Assembly (NCBI GenBank): GCA_963845755.1
Contig: CAWJTV010000047.1
Location: forward strand, 215,998 to 279,997
Reading direction: 5' to 3'
Source of the DNA: an uncultured Planctomycetota bacterium
GTDB lineage: Bacteria > Planctomycetota > Planctomycetia > Isosphaerales > Isosphaeraceae
Length of the DNA stretch: 64,000 bases
In this document: positions 21,036 through 33,300 of the stretch, in pieces
Numbering within the stretch: position 1 is the first letter of the stretch
Layout: the number at the start of each line of letters is the position of its first letter
Program-made: the position numbers and the translations under genes
The notes under the pieces: model-generated
What the model was told of the DNA's origin: nothing
Database searches by the model: none
What the model saw: only the letters and a program-made list of their open reading frames with translations

Positions 21036-22091
21036 ATGGCACAACATGGATTCGGCATCATCGGCTGCGGGATGATCGCGGAGTTCCACACCCGGGCGAT
21101 CAACGAGATCGCGAACGCCCGCGTGGTCGCCGCCTGGAGCCGCAATCCCGCCAACGGCGAGAAGATTGCCAAGCTGGCCACGGGAGGCTGCGCGATCTAC
21201 GACGATCTGGATACCATGCTCGCGCATCCGGGCCTGGACGTGGTCTGCGTCTGCACCCCCAGCGGCGCCCACATGGAGCCGGCTGTGAAAGCGGCGCAGG
21301 CCGGGAAGCACGTCGTTGTCGAGAAGCCGCTGGAGATCACCCTGCCGCGTTGCGACGCGATCATCGCGGCCTGTAACGGCGCGGGCGTACGGCTCTGCAC
21401 GATTTTCCCCTCCCGCTTCACGGCGGCCAACCTCCGGCTCAAGGAGGCGATCGACATCGGCCGGTTCGGACGGCTGACCCTGGGCGATACGTACGTAAAA
21501 TGGTGGCGGACGCAGCAATACTACGACTCGGGCGGCTGGCGCGGCACCTGGGACCTCGACGGCGGCGGCGCCTTGATGAATCAGGCGATCCACAATGTTG
21601 ACCTGCTCTACTGGCTGATGGGCGATGTCTCGGCGATCACCGCGATGACGGCAACCCTGGCGCACGAGCGGATCGAGGTCGAGGACACCGCCGTGGCCTC
21701 GCTGCGGTTCAAGAACGGGGCGCTCGGCGTGATCGAGGCCGCGACCAGCGCATTCCCCGGGCTCTTGAAGCGCACCGAGATCCACGGCGACCGCGGTTCG
21801 GCGCGGGTCGAGCAGGACGACATTACACTCTGGGACTTTCAGGAAAAGGTCCCCAGCGATAACGAGGTCCTGGCTGCCATGGCGGGCCAGAGTGGCTTCA
21901 AGGCCGGCGCCAGCGACCCGCGCGGCATCACCCACATCGGTCATCGCGACCAGTTGGTCGATTTCCTCCAGGCGATCGATGGGGGGAGTGAGCCGCTCGT
22001 CGACGGCCGCGAGGGCCGTAAGTCAGTCGAGATCATCCGCGCCATCTACCGATCGGCCGAGACAGGCGCCCAGGTCACGCTTCCGCTGTGA
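21036..22091 (+). CDS. Gfo/Idh/MocA family oxidoreductase
   Basis: GIIGCGMIA, VCTPSGAH, GKHVVVEKPL, GGGALMNQAIHNVD. Confidence 0.93.
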   Translation: MAQHGFGIIGCGMIAEFHTRAINEIANARVVAAWSRNPANGEKIAKLATGGCAIYDDLDTMLAHPGLDVVCVCTPSGAHMEPAVKAAQAGKHVVVEKPLEITLPRCDAIIAACNGAGVRLCTIFPSRFTAANLRLKEAIDIGRFGRLTLGDTYVKWWRTQQYYDSGGWRGTWDLDGGGALMNQAIHNVDLLYWLMGDVSAITAMTATLAHERIEVEDTAVASLRFKNGALGVIEAATSAFPGLLKRTEIHGDRGSARVEQDDITLWDFQEKVPSDNEVLAAMAGQSGFKAGASDPRGITHIGHRDQLVDFLQAIDGGSEPLVDGREGRKSVEIIRAIYRSAETGAQVTLPL

Positions 22092-22193
22092 CGATTGATC
22101 CAGGCCGCCGGCATTCGCTGTCGAACGGCGAATAACGGTCATCCGCGATCGAATACCCCAGAAACCTCGACCTGCTCGAAAGGCGGAATCGCC

Positions 22194-23391
22194 GTGTCCG
22201 CGCAGTCCTCCGCCGGACACATCCGGTGCCGGGTCACTTTCGATGAACGCGACGGCTTGAGGATCACGATCCCGGCCGACGCCAACCCTGTCGGGGCTGC
22301 TGTGCTTGGCTCCATCGGAATAGTGACCGGTCTGGCCATTCTCCTGCACTGCTGCCCATTCCAGGGCCTGGGCTTCCTGGGAACTCTCGGTAAGGCCGCG
22401 TCAATACCCCCGGGTTGGTGGTTTTCGCTCAGTGTGGTTTCCTTGTTTTGCCTTATCGGGGCTGCCTCTACGGTCCTCGCACTGCGATCTCGTGAGGTTA
22501 TCCAGATCGATCGTGAGACGATCGCGATGAGGACCGAGGGTTACTACTACCACTTCGGCCGCGGATCGGCGCAAGCCTTTTCCCTCTCCCACGTCCGAAA
22601 CCTCCGATATGCGCCGGCGCGGCACCGCAGCAGGGGTCGTGGGCCCCACGGTTTCTCGATCGCCTTCGATTCCAAAGGCTCAACAGGGCGATTCGGTTTC
22701 AATCTCTCCGAGGAAGAATCCCGCCGCCTGATCAAGACTATCAAGGCTCGTTATCAGATTCCGGCCAACCGAGTCGAATCACTGCCGGTCGAGCATTTCG
22801 ATGGAAATGGGGCGCGTCGTCTAGACGAGAGGAACACGAGGAGGCGCTCATTCTCCCCTCCGATTCGCTCGCGCGTTGCCTCCGACGAGATCAACGGCTT
22901 CGTCATAACCATACCGTCCTCGTCGATCGAACTTCCAAGCTGGGTTGTCGTTGGCGCTTGCACAGTATGCGTGCCTTTCATCTCGATCATGCTGTTCGGA
23001 CTTTTCGCATGCGTCATCGGTCCCTTTCGTGGTACGCCCATCCCCCTCTCCGTCTTCTGGATCACCACCGCACTATCAGTCCCCATCGCCGCGCTCTTCG
23101 GCTTCCGCGAACCCGGTGACGGCGAGGTCATTCAGTTCGTGGACGATACCTTGATCCTGGCGAAGAAGAGCGGTGCATGGAGTCGGAGACGTGAGTTTGA
23201 CATAGCAAGAATCAGAAACCTGAGGCTCGTCACAGGGACGGACCAGAGAATCGCGTTCGACTATCAGGGGCAAGACCCATCGGTTTGGAAGCGATCTGAG
23301 CGAGACCGAAGGCCATCGCTTGATCAAAACCCTCTATGATCGCTATAAAATCCCGGAAGACGACGAACCGCTACCAGTTGACGTCCTGTGA
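22194..23391 (+). CDS. Hypothetical membrane protein made of two tandem homologous halves (frameshift near 23270)
   Basis: Each half has two TM helices, IRNLR/VRNLR, IAFD, FGxxLSExExxRLIKT..RYxIP..LPV. Confidence 0.6.
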
Positions 23392-23409
23392 ATTCCTCAC
23401 GTCAACGGA

Positions 23410-24372
23410 GTGACGAAGATGTCCCGCGAGAAGATCCGACGGCCATGGTTCGACTACCTGGTCTACCTGTTCGTCCGGCTCGTGGTCGCGCTTGCGCAGA
23501 CCCTGACCATCGAGCAGTCGTATGCTCTGGCGCGCTTCCTGGCCTGGATCCTTTATCAGGTCGATGCGCGGCATCGCAAGGTGGGGCTCGAGAACCTGGC
23601 CGTGGCCTTCGGCGACCGATACACCGAGACTGAGCGTGACCAGATCGTTCGGAACGTGTATCTCCATTTCTGCCGGATGCTCATGGAGATCCTCCACACT
23701 CCGAGAAAGCTCCATCTGTCCAACTGGCGGGACCGGGTTGTGCTGGTCGGGCACGAGCCGATCATGGACCAGCTCATCACGGGTGGCCGCTCGATGATCT
23801 TCCTGACCGGCCACTACGGTAACTGGGAGCTGGCGGGTTACATCTTCGGCCTTTTCGGGTTCCCGACGGTCTCGGTCGCTCGGGCGCTCGACAATCCTTA
23901 TCTCGACCGCTATCTTCGATCGTTCCGCGAGCGGACCGGCCAATCCCTCATTCCCAAGACGGGAGGCTTCGACCAGATGGTCGAGGTTCTCCAGAGCGGC
24001 CGGGTGCTCTCATTTTTGGCCGACCAGGACGCCGGTCAACGCGGTTTGTTTGTCAACTTCTTCGGCCGGCCCGCCTCGACCCACAAGGCCATCGCCCTGC
24101 TGGCCCTCGACCACAAGGCCCCTGTGGTCGTCGGCGTCGCGCGCCGGATCGGGCCCGGCTTCCGCTACGAGATCCGCTGCGAGGAGATCATCGACCCCTC
24201 CCAGTTGGAGGGCACCGCGGATGATGTCCGCGTCCTCACTCAGCGCTTCACATCGGCCCTCGAACGTCTCATCCTCCAGGACCCGACTCAGTACCTCTGG
24301 CTCCATCGACGCTGGAAACATCAGCCGAAGGTCAAACCCGCGGGGCCGGCGGTACCGGCTACGACCGGATGA
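23410..24372 (+). CDS. Lipid A biosynthesis acyltransferase (LpxL/HtrB family)
   Basis: TGHYGNWE, LADQD, VNFFGRPA, PTQYLWLHRRWK. Confidence 0.9.
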   Translation: MTKMSREKIRRPWFDYLVYLFVRLVVALAQTLTIEQSYALARFLAWILYQVDARHRKVGLENLAVAFGDRYTETERDQIVRNVYLHFCRMLMEILHTPRKLHLSNWRDRVVLVGHEPIMDQLITGGRSMIFLTGHYGNWELAGYIFGLFGFPTVSVARALDNPYLDRYLRSFRERTGQSLIPKTGGFDQMVEVLQSGRVLSFLADQDAGQRGLFVNFFGRPASTHKAIALLALDHKAPVVVGVARRIGPGFRYEIRCEEIIDPSQLEGTADDVRVLTQRFTSALERLILQDPTQYLWLHRRWKHQPKVKPAGPAVPATTG

Positions 24373-24399
24373 GCGCGATCCGGACCGGCAGAGCCGGCA

Positions 24400-25932
24400 C
24401 TACTTCGCGAACATCTGCTCGACCGGAACGATACGCACGGAGACATCCTTGAGCGGAAAGACGGCAATCTGCTTGTCTTCGGCCAGGACGTCTTCCGGGG
24501 TTCCCTGTGTGTCATAGTTCAGCGGCGTCGGCTTGCCGGATATCAGGGTCTCGCGGAGCCGAGCCGCCTCGGGCGCGACGATGGCGACCTTTATCCCTTC
24601 GGCCTTGAGGTGCTTGCGCACGGCGGCATTAACCTGATCGACCGTCAGCTTGGGCAACCGATCGGCCAGTTCGGTCACCAGGTCCGTCTTTCCATAGAAC
24701 TCACCGTCGATCGCGTAGCCCAGCCGTCGCGAGAGGGTCTGGACCCAGAGCTTGCTGTAGTTGAGCAGGAAGGCGCGCGTCGCCTCGAATTCCTGCGGCG
24801 ACATGCCGTGCTGCACGAGACGATCGAGCTCCCAGAAGGCCGCGCGGAGGGCGAAGGCCGCCTTGTCGTTGGGCACGGGCCGGATCCAGATCGAGAACTC
24901 CTGCTGCCTCCTGGGATTGTTCGGGACCGGGAAGGTGCTACCACCCTCCTGGATGAAATCCTCGATGTAAGAATAGTCGCCGTAATTCAGCCCGCGCTTG
25001 CCGCGAAGGTCCTGCATCAGCTTGCCATTGAACGTCCGGTGCTCGCCGAGATACGAGTTGGCGACGGCCAGGGCGTAGAAGTCGTCATCGCGGCGAGTCA
25101 CGTCGATCGGGAAGCCGATCGAGATGGCCGTGGCATCGGCCGGCTTCTCGACGATGGTCACCTCGAGACCCCGGGGATGCCGGGCGCGGGGAGCGCGGGG
25201 ACGTCGAGTCGAGCGCGCGCGAGTGGGAGCCGCTGATCCAGGGAGGAGACCGTTGACCGATCAAAACCGCCCGCGAGGCCCAGGGTCATCGCCTGTCGCG
25301 TGTAATGCGGTTCGGTGAAACTCCTTCACATCCTCGAGCGTGATCGATTTGAGACCCTGTTCCGTACCCACGTCGGGATGACCGTATGGGTGATCCTGGT
25401 AAAGCTCGACTATCAGGGTCCACTTGCCCAGCTCCTCGTCATTATTGCCGCGAAGGAACTTGGTCACGTAATCAAGCGCCTCGTTCCGGAGCCGCTCGAA
25501 GTCCTGGGGGTCGAACCGGGGCTGGGCGATCATCTCGGTCGCGAGGGAAGTGTATTTTTGGAGGTTGTCCTGGTGGACGACTCCGGAAAAGACGGTGACC
25601 TCCTTGCGGCAGGCCCCGCTCAGCGACGCGGCCATGGGGTAGAACGCCTCGAGGAGCTGGTCGTAGGTCAGTGTCTTGGTTCCCCCCTCGGCGACCATCG
25701 AGGCGGTCAGAGCGGCCAGGCCTTCCTTGCCCGGCGGGTCGCTCTGCGAGCCGGCCCGCAAGACGAACCGGAACGCCACAGCGGGCTGGATGTTGAGCTC
25801 AGGAGCGTCTGGTGGATTTGTGGCGCGGCCTTGGGCTCGTCGGCCGGCGACCCGGCGGCCGTCAGGCTCATTGCGATGATGAACGCCGTCATTCGTCCCA
25901 GCCCCCTCGCAAAGCGATCGCTCCGCGGTCAT
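24400..25932 (-). CDS. M16B peptidase, non-catalytic subunit (several frameshifts)
   Basis: AGSQSDPPGKEGLAALTA (no HxxEH), HPYGHP..G, LRGKRGLNYGDYS; start overlaps the upstream stop (ATGA). Confidence 0.8.
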
Positions 25933-27289
25933 TTCTTCGTCTCCGTCTCGAGGATGATCGCCGTCTCGTTGCCCGATCGAAAATACTTTGCCGCGACGCG
26001 CTGGAGGTCCGCCGGCGTAAGGCGGTCGTAGGCGGCGTACAGGACGTTCATCGAATCCGGGTTGCCAGTGACGGCCACGGCCGTCCCGACCGCGTCGGCC
26101 ACGTCGTCGGCGCTCTCGAGCGAACCGGCGAACGCGTAGCGCAAGTGCGACTTGATCGCGTCCAGGCGCGACGAATCGACCGGTTTCGCCGCCGCCTCGG
26201 CCAGGGCCGCCGCGATCCGGCCACGCACCACGGCCAGATCGTCCGGCTTCCTCACCCGCACCATGATCGTGAACAGGCCCGGGTCGCGCTTCGACTCGGC
26301 TTCGGCCTGCAGCATGACGACCTTCTGCTCCTTGAGGACAAGCTCCTGGTAGAGCAGGGCTGGTCTCGCCGAAGACCGCCTGCGCCAGCGCCCCGAGCGC
26401 CGCCGTGTCGGGATTCGTAGGATCCGCCTCGGGAATGTGATAGCCCAGGTAGAGGATCGGCAGAGTCGGCAACGGCCACGTCAGCCGCGCCGACTTCGAA
26501 GCTCGCCTGAGTCGGCTCGTCTGGAATCGTCACGGTCGCCGTCCCTCGCTTCCAATCGCCGTACGATCGCTCGATCAGGGCGACCAGCGCCTCGTGCTTC
26601 ACATCGCCCGTCACGATGATCGTGCAGTTCTCCGGTCGGTACCAGCGGTCGAAGAACACCTTGCTGTAGGCGTACTGGTTGGGCATGTCCCGGATGTCGG
26701 CCAGGAAACCAATCGTGGTGTGCTTGTACGTGTGCGTCGTGTAGGCGGTATCCTGCATCACCTCGTTCAGCTTGAGGAACGGCGACGACGCACTCTTGTT
26801 GTACTCGCCCAGCACCGCTCGGGCTTCCTTCTGAAATGCGGGCTCATCGTATTTGAGGTTCCGGAACCGGTCCGACTCGATCTCGACGGCCTTGGCCAGG
26901 GCCGACGCTGGGATCGTCATGTGGTAGCACGTCCAGTCGTCGTTCGTATAGGCGTTTGAATCCGCCCCCAGCGACTTGAGTACGTCGTTGTATTTCTCCT
27001 GGGAATACGCCTCGGTCCCCCGGAACATCATGTGCTCGAAGAAATGGGCGAAGCCCGAAAGCCCCTTCTCGACCTCGTTCCGCGACCCGGTGCGGACGAT
27101 GGTGTAATACGCGATGATCCCCGGCGAATCGAACGGCACCGACAGGACAGTGAGACCATTCTCCAGCACGGACTTGTGAATCGGATATGGGAAGATCGGT
27201 GCCGTCTGGCTCGCCGCGGGCTCCGCCGCCGAAACGGACGACGGGACGAGCAACACGGCCAACACGGACAGTTGCATGAATCGAGTCAT
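25929..27289 (-). CDS. M16B zinc peptidase, catalytic subunit (frameshifts)
   Basis: Signal peptide, LENGLTV, GSRNE..GFAHFFEHMMFRGT (HxxEH), SNAYT, WYRPEN. Confidence 0.9.
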
Positions 27290-27420
27290 TCCTGTTGAAA
27301 CCTCCTTGGAGAAATCGAAGACTCACATCGGAGTCGCTCCCGGTCGGTCCTGTCAATGGGAAAAGAGCGAACCAACCAACGCGAACCGCCCGCGCGTCCG
27401 CGAGATGGCAAGAATTGGGA

Positions 27421-28014
27421 TTAGACGGGGAGATACATGACTGCCGTCCTGGTCGCCGAGGCAACGATCCAGCCCCAGCCGACGGCCCGACCGAGACGAT
27501 CAATCCCGCATGGTTCCGTGCGCCAAGGCCTCAAACCGAGGACTGGCCAGAGCAGGAGCAAAGTCAGATCCTGGATGAGCCACGGCGGGAGCTCGAACTC
27601 GCCGAGCCATTCGAGGTTGAAGATCAGAATGTAGCCGATCGTAGCGGCCAGGCAACTGACGAATCCCGCCTGTCGGACCAGTTGCCCTCGTGGAGGACGA
27701 GGGCTACCCAGCCGCAGCAAGAGTTGCGCCAGTGTCAGGCCCTGGAGCACCGCGATCAAGACCTGGAGGACGAATTCATCCAGCATCTGGGCGGTGGCCA
27801 GCCTCTGCATCTTCTTCCAATCGGGACCCATGATCGTCGCAGAAGCGCCGAGGTGCGCATACGCCTGCGACCAGAAACCGGTCCGAGCTGAGATGCGAGC
27901 CCACCACTCGGTAGGTTTCAGCGAGGTCAGGGTGATGGCGATCACCCCGATCAGGATCAGCAGGTCTCCGAGGTTGAATCGTCGTGGACGGGGTTCCCCC
28001 GCGCCAGTGGCCAA
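27421..28014 (-). CDS. Hypothetical membrane protein
   Basis: 197-aa ORF with several TM helices and RRFNLGDLLILI N-terminus, co-oriented with neighbours. Confidence 0.7.
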   Translation of the reverse strand: MATGAGEPRPRRFNLGDLLILIGVIAITLTSLKPTEWWARISARTGFWSQAYAHLGASATIMGPDWKKMQRLATAQMLDEFVLQVLIAVLQGLTLAQLLLRLGSPRPPRGQLVRQAGFVSCLAATIGYILIFNLEWLGEFELPPWLIQDLTLLLLWPVLGLRPWRTEPCGIDRLGRAVGWGWIVASATRTAVMYLPV

Positions 28015-28032
28015 AGCCCACCCCCCTACGAA

Positions 28033-29115
28033 CTACCGTGTCTCAAACCGCCGTTTCGGGCCATCCTCGCCGAGCTGAACCGTGAACCTCGATCCGTCCG
28101 GATCGACCAGGACCCGGATGATCCGACCGCCCGATTGGTCCGGGTTGGCGATGAGCGACGGCTCGGTGTTCTCCTCGGCGGTCGTGGCCACGTTCCGATG
28201 GAGTTGATAGGCCGCCTCGATCGATGCAACCGACCGAAGCCGCTTGACCGTGGCTGGTGCGCCTCCCTTGCGCGGACCATTGTTCATGATGGCCACCGTG
28301 GGCGCGATCGTCTTCAACAACGTCGGATGGTTCGAGATGTCCATCCCATGATGGGTCACCTGGTAGAGGTTGACCTTGCCGACCAGGTCGATGGGACACA
28401 CCAGCTTCTTTTCCACATTCCAGGTCAGGTCGCCGGCGTCGAAGAACTGGAACTTTCCCAGCGTGAACAAGACGACCAGACTGCGGGCATTATCCGAGGG
28501 ATCAACTGGCTGGTCGGCCGGGACGTCGGCGCAAGAGGGATTCGCCGGAAGGGCGCGAAGGTTCTCATCGCGCCGGCCCGGTTCGATCACCTGGCCACCG
28601 GAGGCCAGGACGAGGCCCCTCACACTCTTGAGAGGTAGCGAGTCGCCTGCCCTGAGGGTCTTGCGCTTCCCCTGGCTTGCGTCTCGATAAGCCTTCCCCA
28701 GCGGATCGTCCGGTTTCGGTCCGTCGGGGAAATCGAGTCGGGCGTCGCCGTCCTCAGGGAGCCCTCGGTCCCAGAAATGATCGATCCGAACTCGTTTGGC
28801 CAGCCCTCCAACTCCACCGAAATGATCCCGATGCCAGTGAGTGGTGACCAGGTGGTCCAGATGGTCGCAGCCTGCCAGGTCTTTCAAGACATGTGCGATC
28901 CGCGTCGGGTCGCGATCGCCCTGGCCCGGCCAGCCCGAGTCGATCAGGATCGACTCACGCTCGGGGGTGACCACCAATGTCGCGGCACCCCCCATCACGT
29001 CGATGAAGTCAATCTCCAGGCCGGGTGGCGAGGCCGACGACTGCGCCCTTGCCAGTCCCGTCCAACCCACTCCAATCGCAACAATCAGGAGACATACACG
29101 GATTTGTGAGTCCAT
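28033..29115 (-). CDS. Secreted MBL-fold metallo-hydrolase (ComEC/Rec2-like)
   Basis: IDFIDVMGGAATL, ILIDSG, THWHRDHFGG (HxHxDH), DAGDL, THHG. Confidence 0.88.
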   Translation of the reverse strand: MDSQIRVCLLIVAIGVGWTGLARAQSSASPPGLEIDFIDVMGGAATLVVTPERESILIDSGWPGQGDRDPTRIAHVLKDLAGCDHLDHLVTTHWHRDHFGGVGGLAKRVRIDHFWDRGLPEDGDARLDFPDGPKPDDPLGKAYRDASQGKRKTLRAGDSLPLKSVRGLVLASGGQVIEPGRRDENLRALPANPSCADVPADQPVDPSDNARSLVVLFTLGKFQFFDAGDLTWNVEKKLVCPIDLVGKVNLYQVTHHGMDISNHPTLLKTIAPTVAIMNNGPRKGGAPATVKRLRSVASIEAAYQLHRNVATTAEENTEPSLIANPDQSGGRIIRVLVDPDGSRFTVQLGEDGPKRRFETR

Positions 29116-29662
29116 GGTTTTCAACCCTCCCCGTGGTAACACTCGCTAGTCAACGCTTGTCACCAAGCGTCCAAGAAAACAATCGACCCGCGGCTCAAGT
29201 CCTGTCTCTAAACATTCGTATATAAGAACTCAGTGAACCTTCGCTCACGTTCGGGTTTTCCGCGGGTGGTAAGGATTTACGGAGATGGCCGTTTGTCTCG
29301 CAATCCGAGTGGCTTCGGTGCAAAAATACAACAGCCCTTGCTTTTTTTTCAGAATTTGTAAGTCAAAGCTTCTTCGAAGGTTAACCGTGGGGATTCGCAG
29401 AATCTACTTCATACCGATGCCAAATACCGAGAAACTTTGTAGAATAAGAGGAGAGAGCAAGCGACGGGTGCACAGCGCGAGGCACGTCCCCAGTTGCTTC
29501 TCCCCTTCTCAAGGTTGATCAACGGTCCTCCATCGAGCTCGCCGAAGTATCGGTTCCGGCCCGTTGGCTTCGGGTCCATCCACCGCCACCCCGTGGTGGC
29601 CCTCTCATCGTCCCTGTAAGAATGCATGGATTTGCTCTTTCTCCACAGGGAGTCTTTCTAGC

Positions 29663-30139
29663 ATGACCGCCTGCACCATAATCACGATCACAGGTGACGA
29701 GCAACTGCTGGGGCTTCTCCAGAAAGGGCTCCACGATCAGAACGGTGGAGGAAGCCGGATGATCGTGGCGGCCACTACCGATGAAGCGTGTTCTTTGCTG
29801 CCGATGGCCGAGCCCCGGCTCATCGTCGTGCACTGGAAACACCAGGGTAGTCATTATGAGGAGCTCAATCGACTCCTCTGGCAGACCACGGTCCTGGCCC
29901 GGCGCGTCCCTGTACTGATCATCGCCGATCGATATCGCATCGACCAGGCAACCACACTGTTTCGAATGGGCGTGACCGACTACATCAGCCGCACCCATCA
30001 TCAGGATCAGTTCGGGCAGATTCTGGAGTCGTACCTCAAACGAGCTCCCAGCTCGGGGTCGCAAGCGGTGGCGGTATCCGATGAGCCCGTCAAGTCTTGG
30101 TCCGCGATGCCACCGTCGGTGACCGCACAAGTTGTCTGA
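29663..30139 (+). CDS. Atypical (pseudo-)receiver domain protein
   Basis: CheY-like pattern IITITGD...DEAC..PRLIVVH...VPVLII...GVTDYIS; phospho-Asp replaced by His. Confidence 0.65.
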   Translation: MTACTIITITGDEQLLGLLQKGLHDQNGGGSRMIVAATTDEACSLLPMAEPRLIVVHWKHQGSHYEELNRLLWQTTVLARRVPVLIIADRYRIDQATTLFRMGVTDYISRTHHQDQFGQILESYLKRAPSSGSQAVAVSDEPVKSWSAMPPSVTAQVV

Positions 30140-30348
30140 CGTTCGTTCAGAGTGCCTTCGGATCCTCGGAGCAGAGAAAGTCAAGGAGTGGCGTCACTCA
30201 TCTAATCGCCTCAGTCTCTCCCCGAGATTCGCGGTTCCTTTCGTATCAACAGGACCGCGACTCTCCGGGAGACCCCATTTCATTTCCACCCACACGCTGG
30301 GAGTTCGGTTTGGTTTGCTGTGAGGGGCGCTCAGGCTAACTCCTCGAT

Positions 30349-33300
30349 TTACCGATGGCTGACGTCGCGGCTCGATGGGGAATCGATCCCCAGCCGTGCC
30401 CGACCGGCGCGGACTTCGTCCAGGCGTCGGCGGTACTTGGCGTAGAGCTGGGTGTGACGGCTCTCGGGCCGGATTGGCTCGCCATCGATGAACAGGGCGA
30501 GAACTTTCGTCGTCGGCTGGAGCATGTGTCCGGCGGTGACCACCAGGTTGGCGCGCTTCCCGGCTTCGATCGACCCGACCTGATCCGCGATACCAAGGAT
30601 TCGAGCCGGGGCTAGAGTGACGGCTTGAACGGCCGTGTCTTCGGGGAGTCCGAAAGCGACGGCGGTCGCGGCCTCATAGGGCAGGTTGCGTAAGGCGGTC
30701 GCCGCACTGGGTCCACCACCTTGCGAGCGTATTGCGAAGGCGACGCCGGCCTCGTGGAGTCTTGCCGGTGCCGCGTAGACCGCGTCGTACGGATCCGAGT
30801 CCTTCCTGGGGAGGTGCAGGGTCCCGCTGAGAAGGACCGGGATTTTGGCTTTCTGGAGGGCCTCGACCACCTTCCACGCCTCAGCCGCACCGGAGATCAC
30901 CGCCTTGATCTTCAGCGTGCGCGCCAGATCCAGCGCGTCGAGGATCTCGACCTGGTTCTCGGCGTGGAAGATCACCGGCTTCTCGCCGCGGGCGTAGGGG
31001 ACCATGGCTTCCAGCCGGGGATCGGGCTCCGGCGGTACATCACCGTGTTGGCGGGCACCGCGGACCACGGCATCGTAGGCAAGTGCCTTGCGGAAGAACT
31101 CCGTGATGCGGTCAAGTTGCCCCTTTCGCCTGGCGTTCGGGTCGTTGGCCCCGGCGCCGGTGCCCGGCCCGACTCCCGGCCGCCCCGGGCCGAACCGGCG
31201 GCCTTCGGGATTGCGCACGGTATAAGTCGGGATTGTCACGTTCAAGGCGGTGCAATCGGCAACCACCAGCTCTCGCGGCACCCAGCCGTGCAGGTCGATG
31301 ACACAGCCTTGACCCGAGATCACGCCTCCCGAGGGGTGGACGAACGAGGTCAAGATCCCGTTGGCCCGGGTCACGGGGATGTGCTCGCTGTCCGCGCAAA
31401 GCGCCACGCTGCTGCGCAGCTCGGGCTGGAACTGCGCCCATCGGCGAAGTCCTGGGTCTCCCCCAGGCTGCCGACCTCGAAGAGGCCCAGGGTCGAGCCG
31501 GCATCGACCATTCCCGGCCAGACGTCCAGGCCGCTCAGGTCGATCGTTTGCGCCTCGGGCGGAATCGGGGTGCCGGCCGGGCCGACCGCCGCGATCTTGC
31601 CATTAGCGACGACCACGGTCCCTCCCTTGATCTCGGGTCCGGCAACCGGGTGGAGATTCGCCCCGACCAGTGCGAAGATCCCCTTCGGCTGGGCCGCGAT
31701 CTCGACGGTCCGGTTACGGAGCGGCTCGGGTGACACTGGCATGGCCAGGTGATTGCCGGGCCGGGGCGTCAGCTTGCCTCCCGACTCCCGGCGCTGGAAA
31801 TACACCTCACCGTCGATCATCGAGAGCTCGCAACGCGAGAACGCGTCGAATGGGTGGGCGTTGAACAGGACAATGTCCGCGTCCTTGCCCACCTCGATCG
31901 AGCCCAACCGATGATCGAGCCCCAGCTCGCGAGCCGGATTGATGGTGATCATCGCCAGCGCCTGGGCCTCGGTGACCCCGCCGTACTTGACCATCTTGGC
32001 CGCCTCGAGGTTCAGGTGCCTCATCAGCTCGGCATCGTCGCTCTTAATACAGACGTTGGCTCCGGCCTCGGTCAGGAGCGCAGCGTTGAACGGGATGGCG
32101 TCGAACGCCTCAACCTTGTACGCCCACCAGTCGGAAAAGGTCGAGGCGCTGGCGCCGTGGGCGGCGATCTCGGCGGCGACCTTGTAGCCTTCCAGGACGT
32201 GCTGAAGCGATTGCACCCGCACGCCGTATTTCTGGGCGATGTTCAGGAGCATCAGGATCTCGTCGCTACGGTAGCAATGGCTATGGATCCGGATCGAGCC
32301 TTCGAGGATGCCGGCGAGCGCCTCGAGCCGCAGATCCATCCGCGGCGGCGGTAGGGGGATATGACTTTTGGAGCCCTTAGCGTTCGACGATTTCTTGTAG
32401 GCGTCCCAGGTGGCGCGATACGCCAACGCCTCCTCGAAGGCCCGCTCGATGACGGCCTCGACCCCCATCCGGGTCGTGGGGAAGCGCGCGGGCCGTCGCC
32501 CGAACCGCGCCGGGCGGCCCGCGTGACGTTCTCGCCCAGGGCGAACTTCACCCCTTGCGGACCATCGCGGACGATCAGGTCTCGGCCCGCCTTCCCGTAT
32601 CGTAACTTGGCCACGGCGTCCTGGCCGCCGATCGTATTGGCCGATCCATGCAATAGACGTGCTGTGGTCGTCCCACCCGCCAGTGCCCGGTAGATCCCGA
32701 TGTCCTCGCCGGTGACCACGTCCTTGACGCGGACCTCCGGCACGACCGAGAGGCTCCCCTCGTTGACGCCCCCCTGCACGGCGATGTGCGAGTGGGTGTC
32801 GATGATTCCGGGCATCGCGACCATTCCGCCGGCGTCGATCACCCGCACGCCTGCGGGAGCGGTAACGTCCTTGCCGACGGCCTTGATCTTCCCCTTCTCG
32901 ACCAGGATCGAGCCTTTGGGGATCGTGCCCTGGGTCACGGTCAGGATCGTGGCGTCCTTGATCAGGACGTTGCCGTTGGTATGGATCGTTGGCTTGCGAT
33001 CCTCGTCGAGCTCGCTCGCGACATCCACGAACGGCGTGGGCGGAGGCTTGGACGTCTCGGGCTTCGCCGATCCCGGTTTGGCTCCGGACTTCGCCGACTC
33101 CGGCTGGGTCGCGGGCCTCTTTTCCTGGGACTTCGCCACACTTGCCTTCGATTCCGACGGCTCGGTCTTGCTTGGATTGCGTCGCGAGCTGTTTGACCTG
33201 CACTTGGAGCATCGGCTCTCTTGAGTTTCGTCTCGAGCCGCTTGAGCCGTTCTGGAGCTCGACGACGTCGAGCTCTGCGTTCTTGAGTTCGTCGACTTGC

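Noticed and set aside
20406..21944. Long antisense ORFs (e.g. 512 aa here, 456 aa at 56856, 400 aa at 44661)
   Set aside because: Shadow frames of real genes in high-GC DNA with no recognisable motifs.
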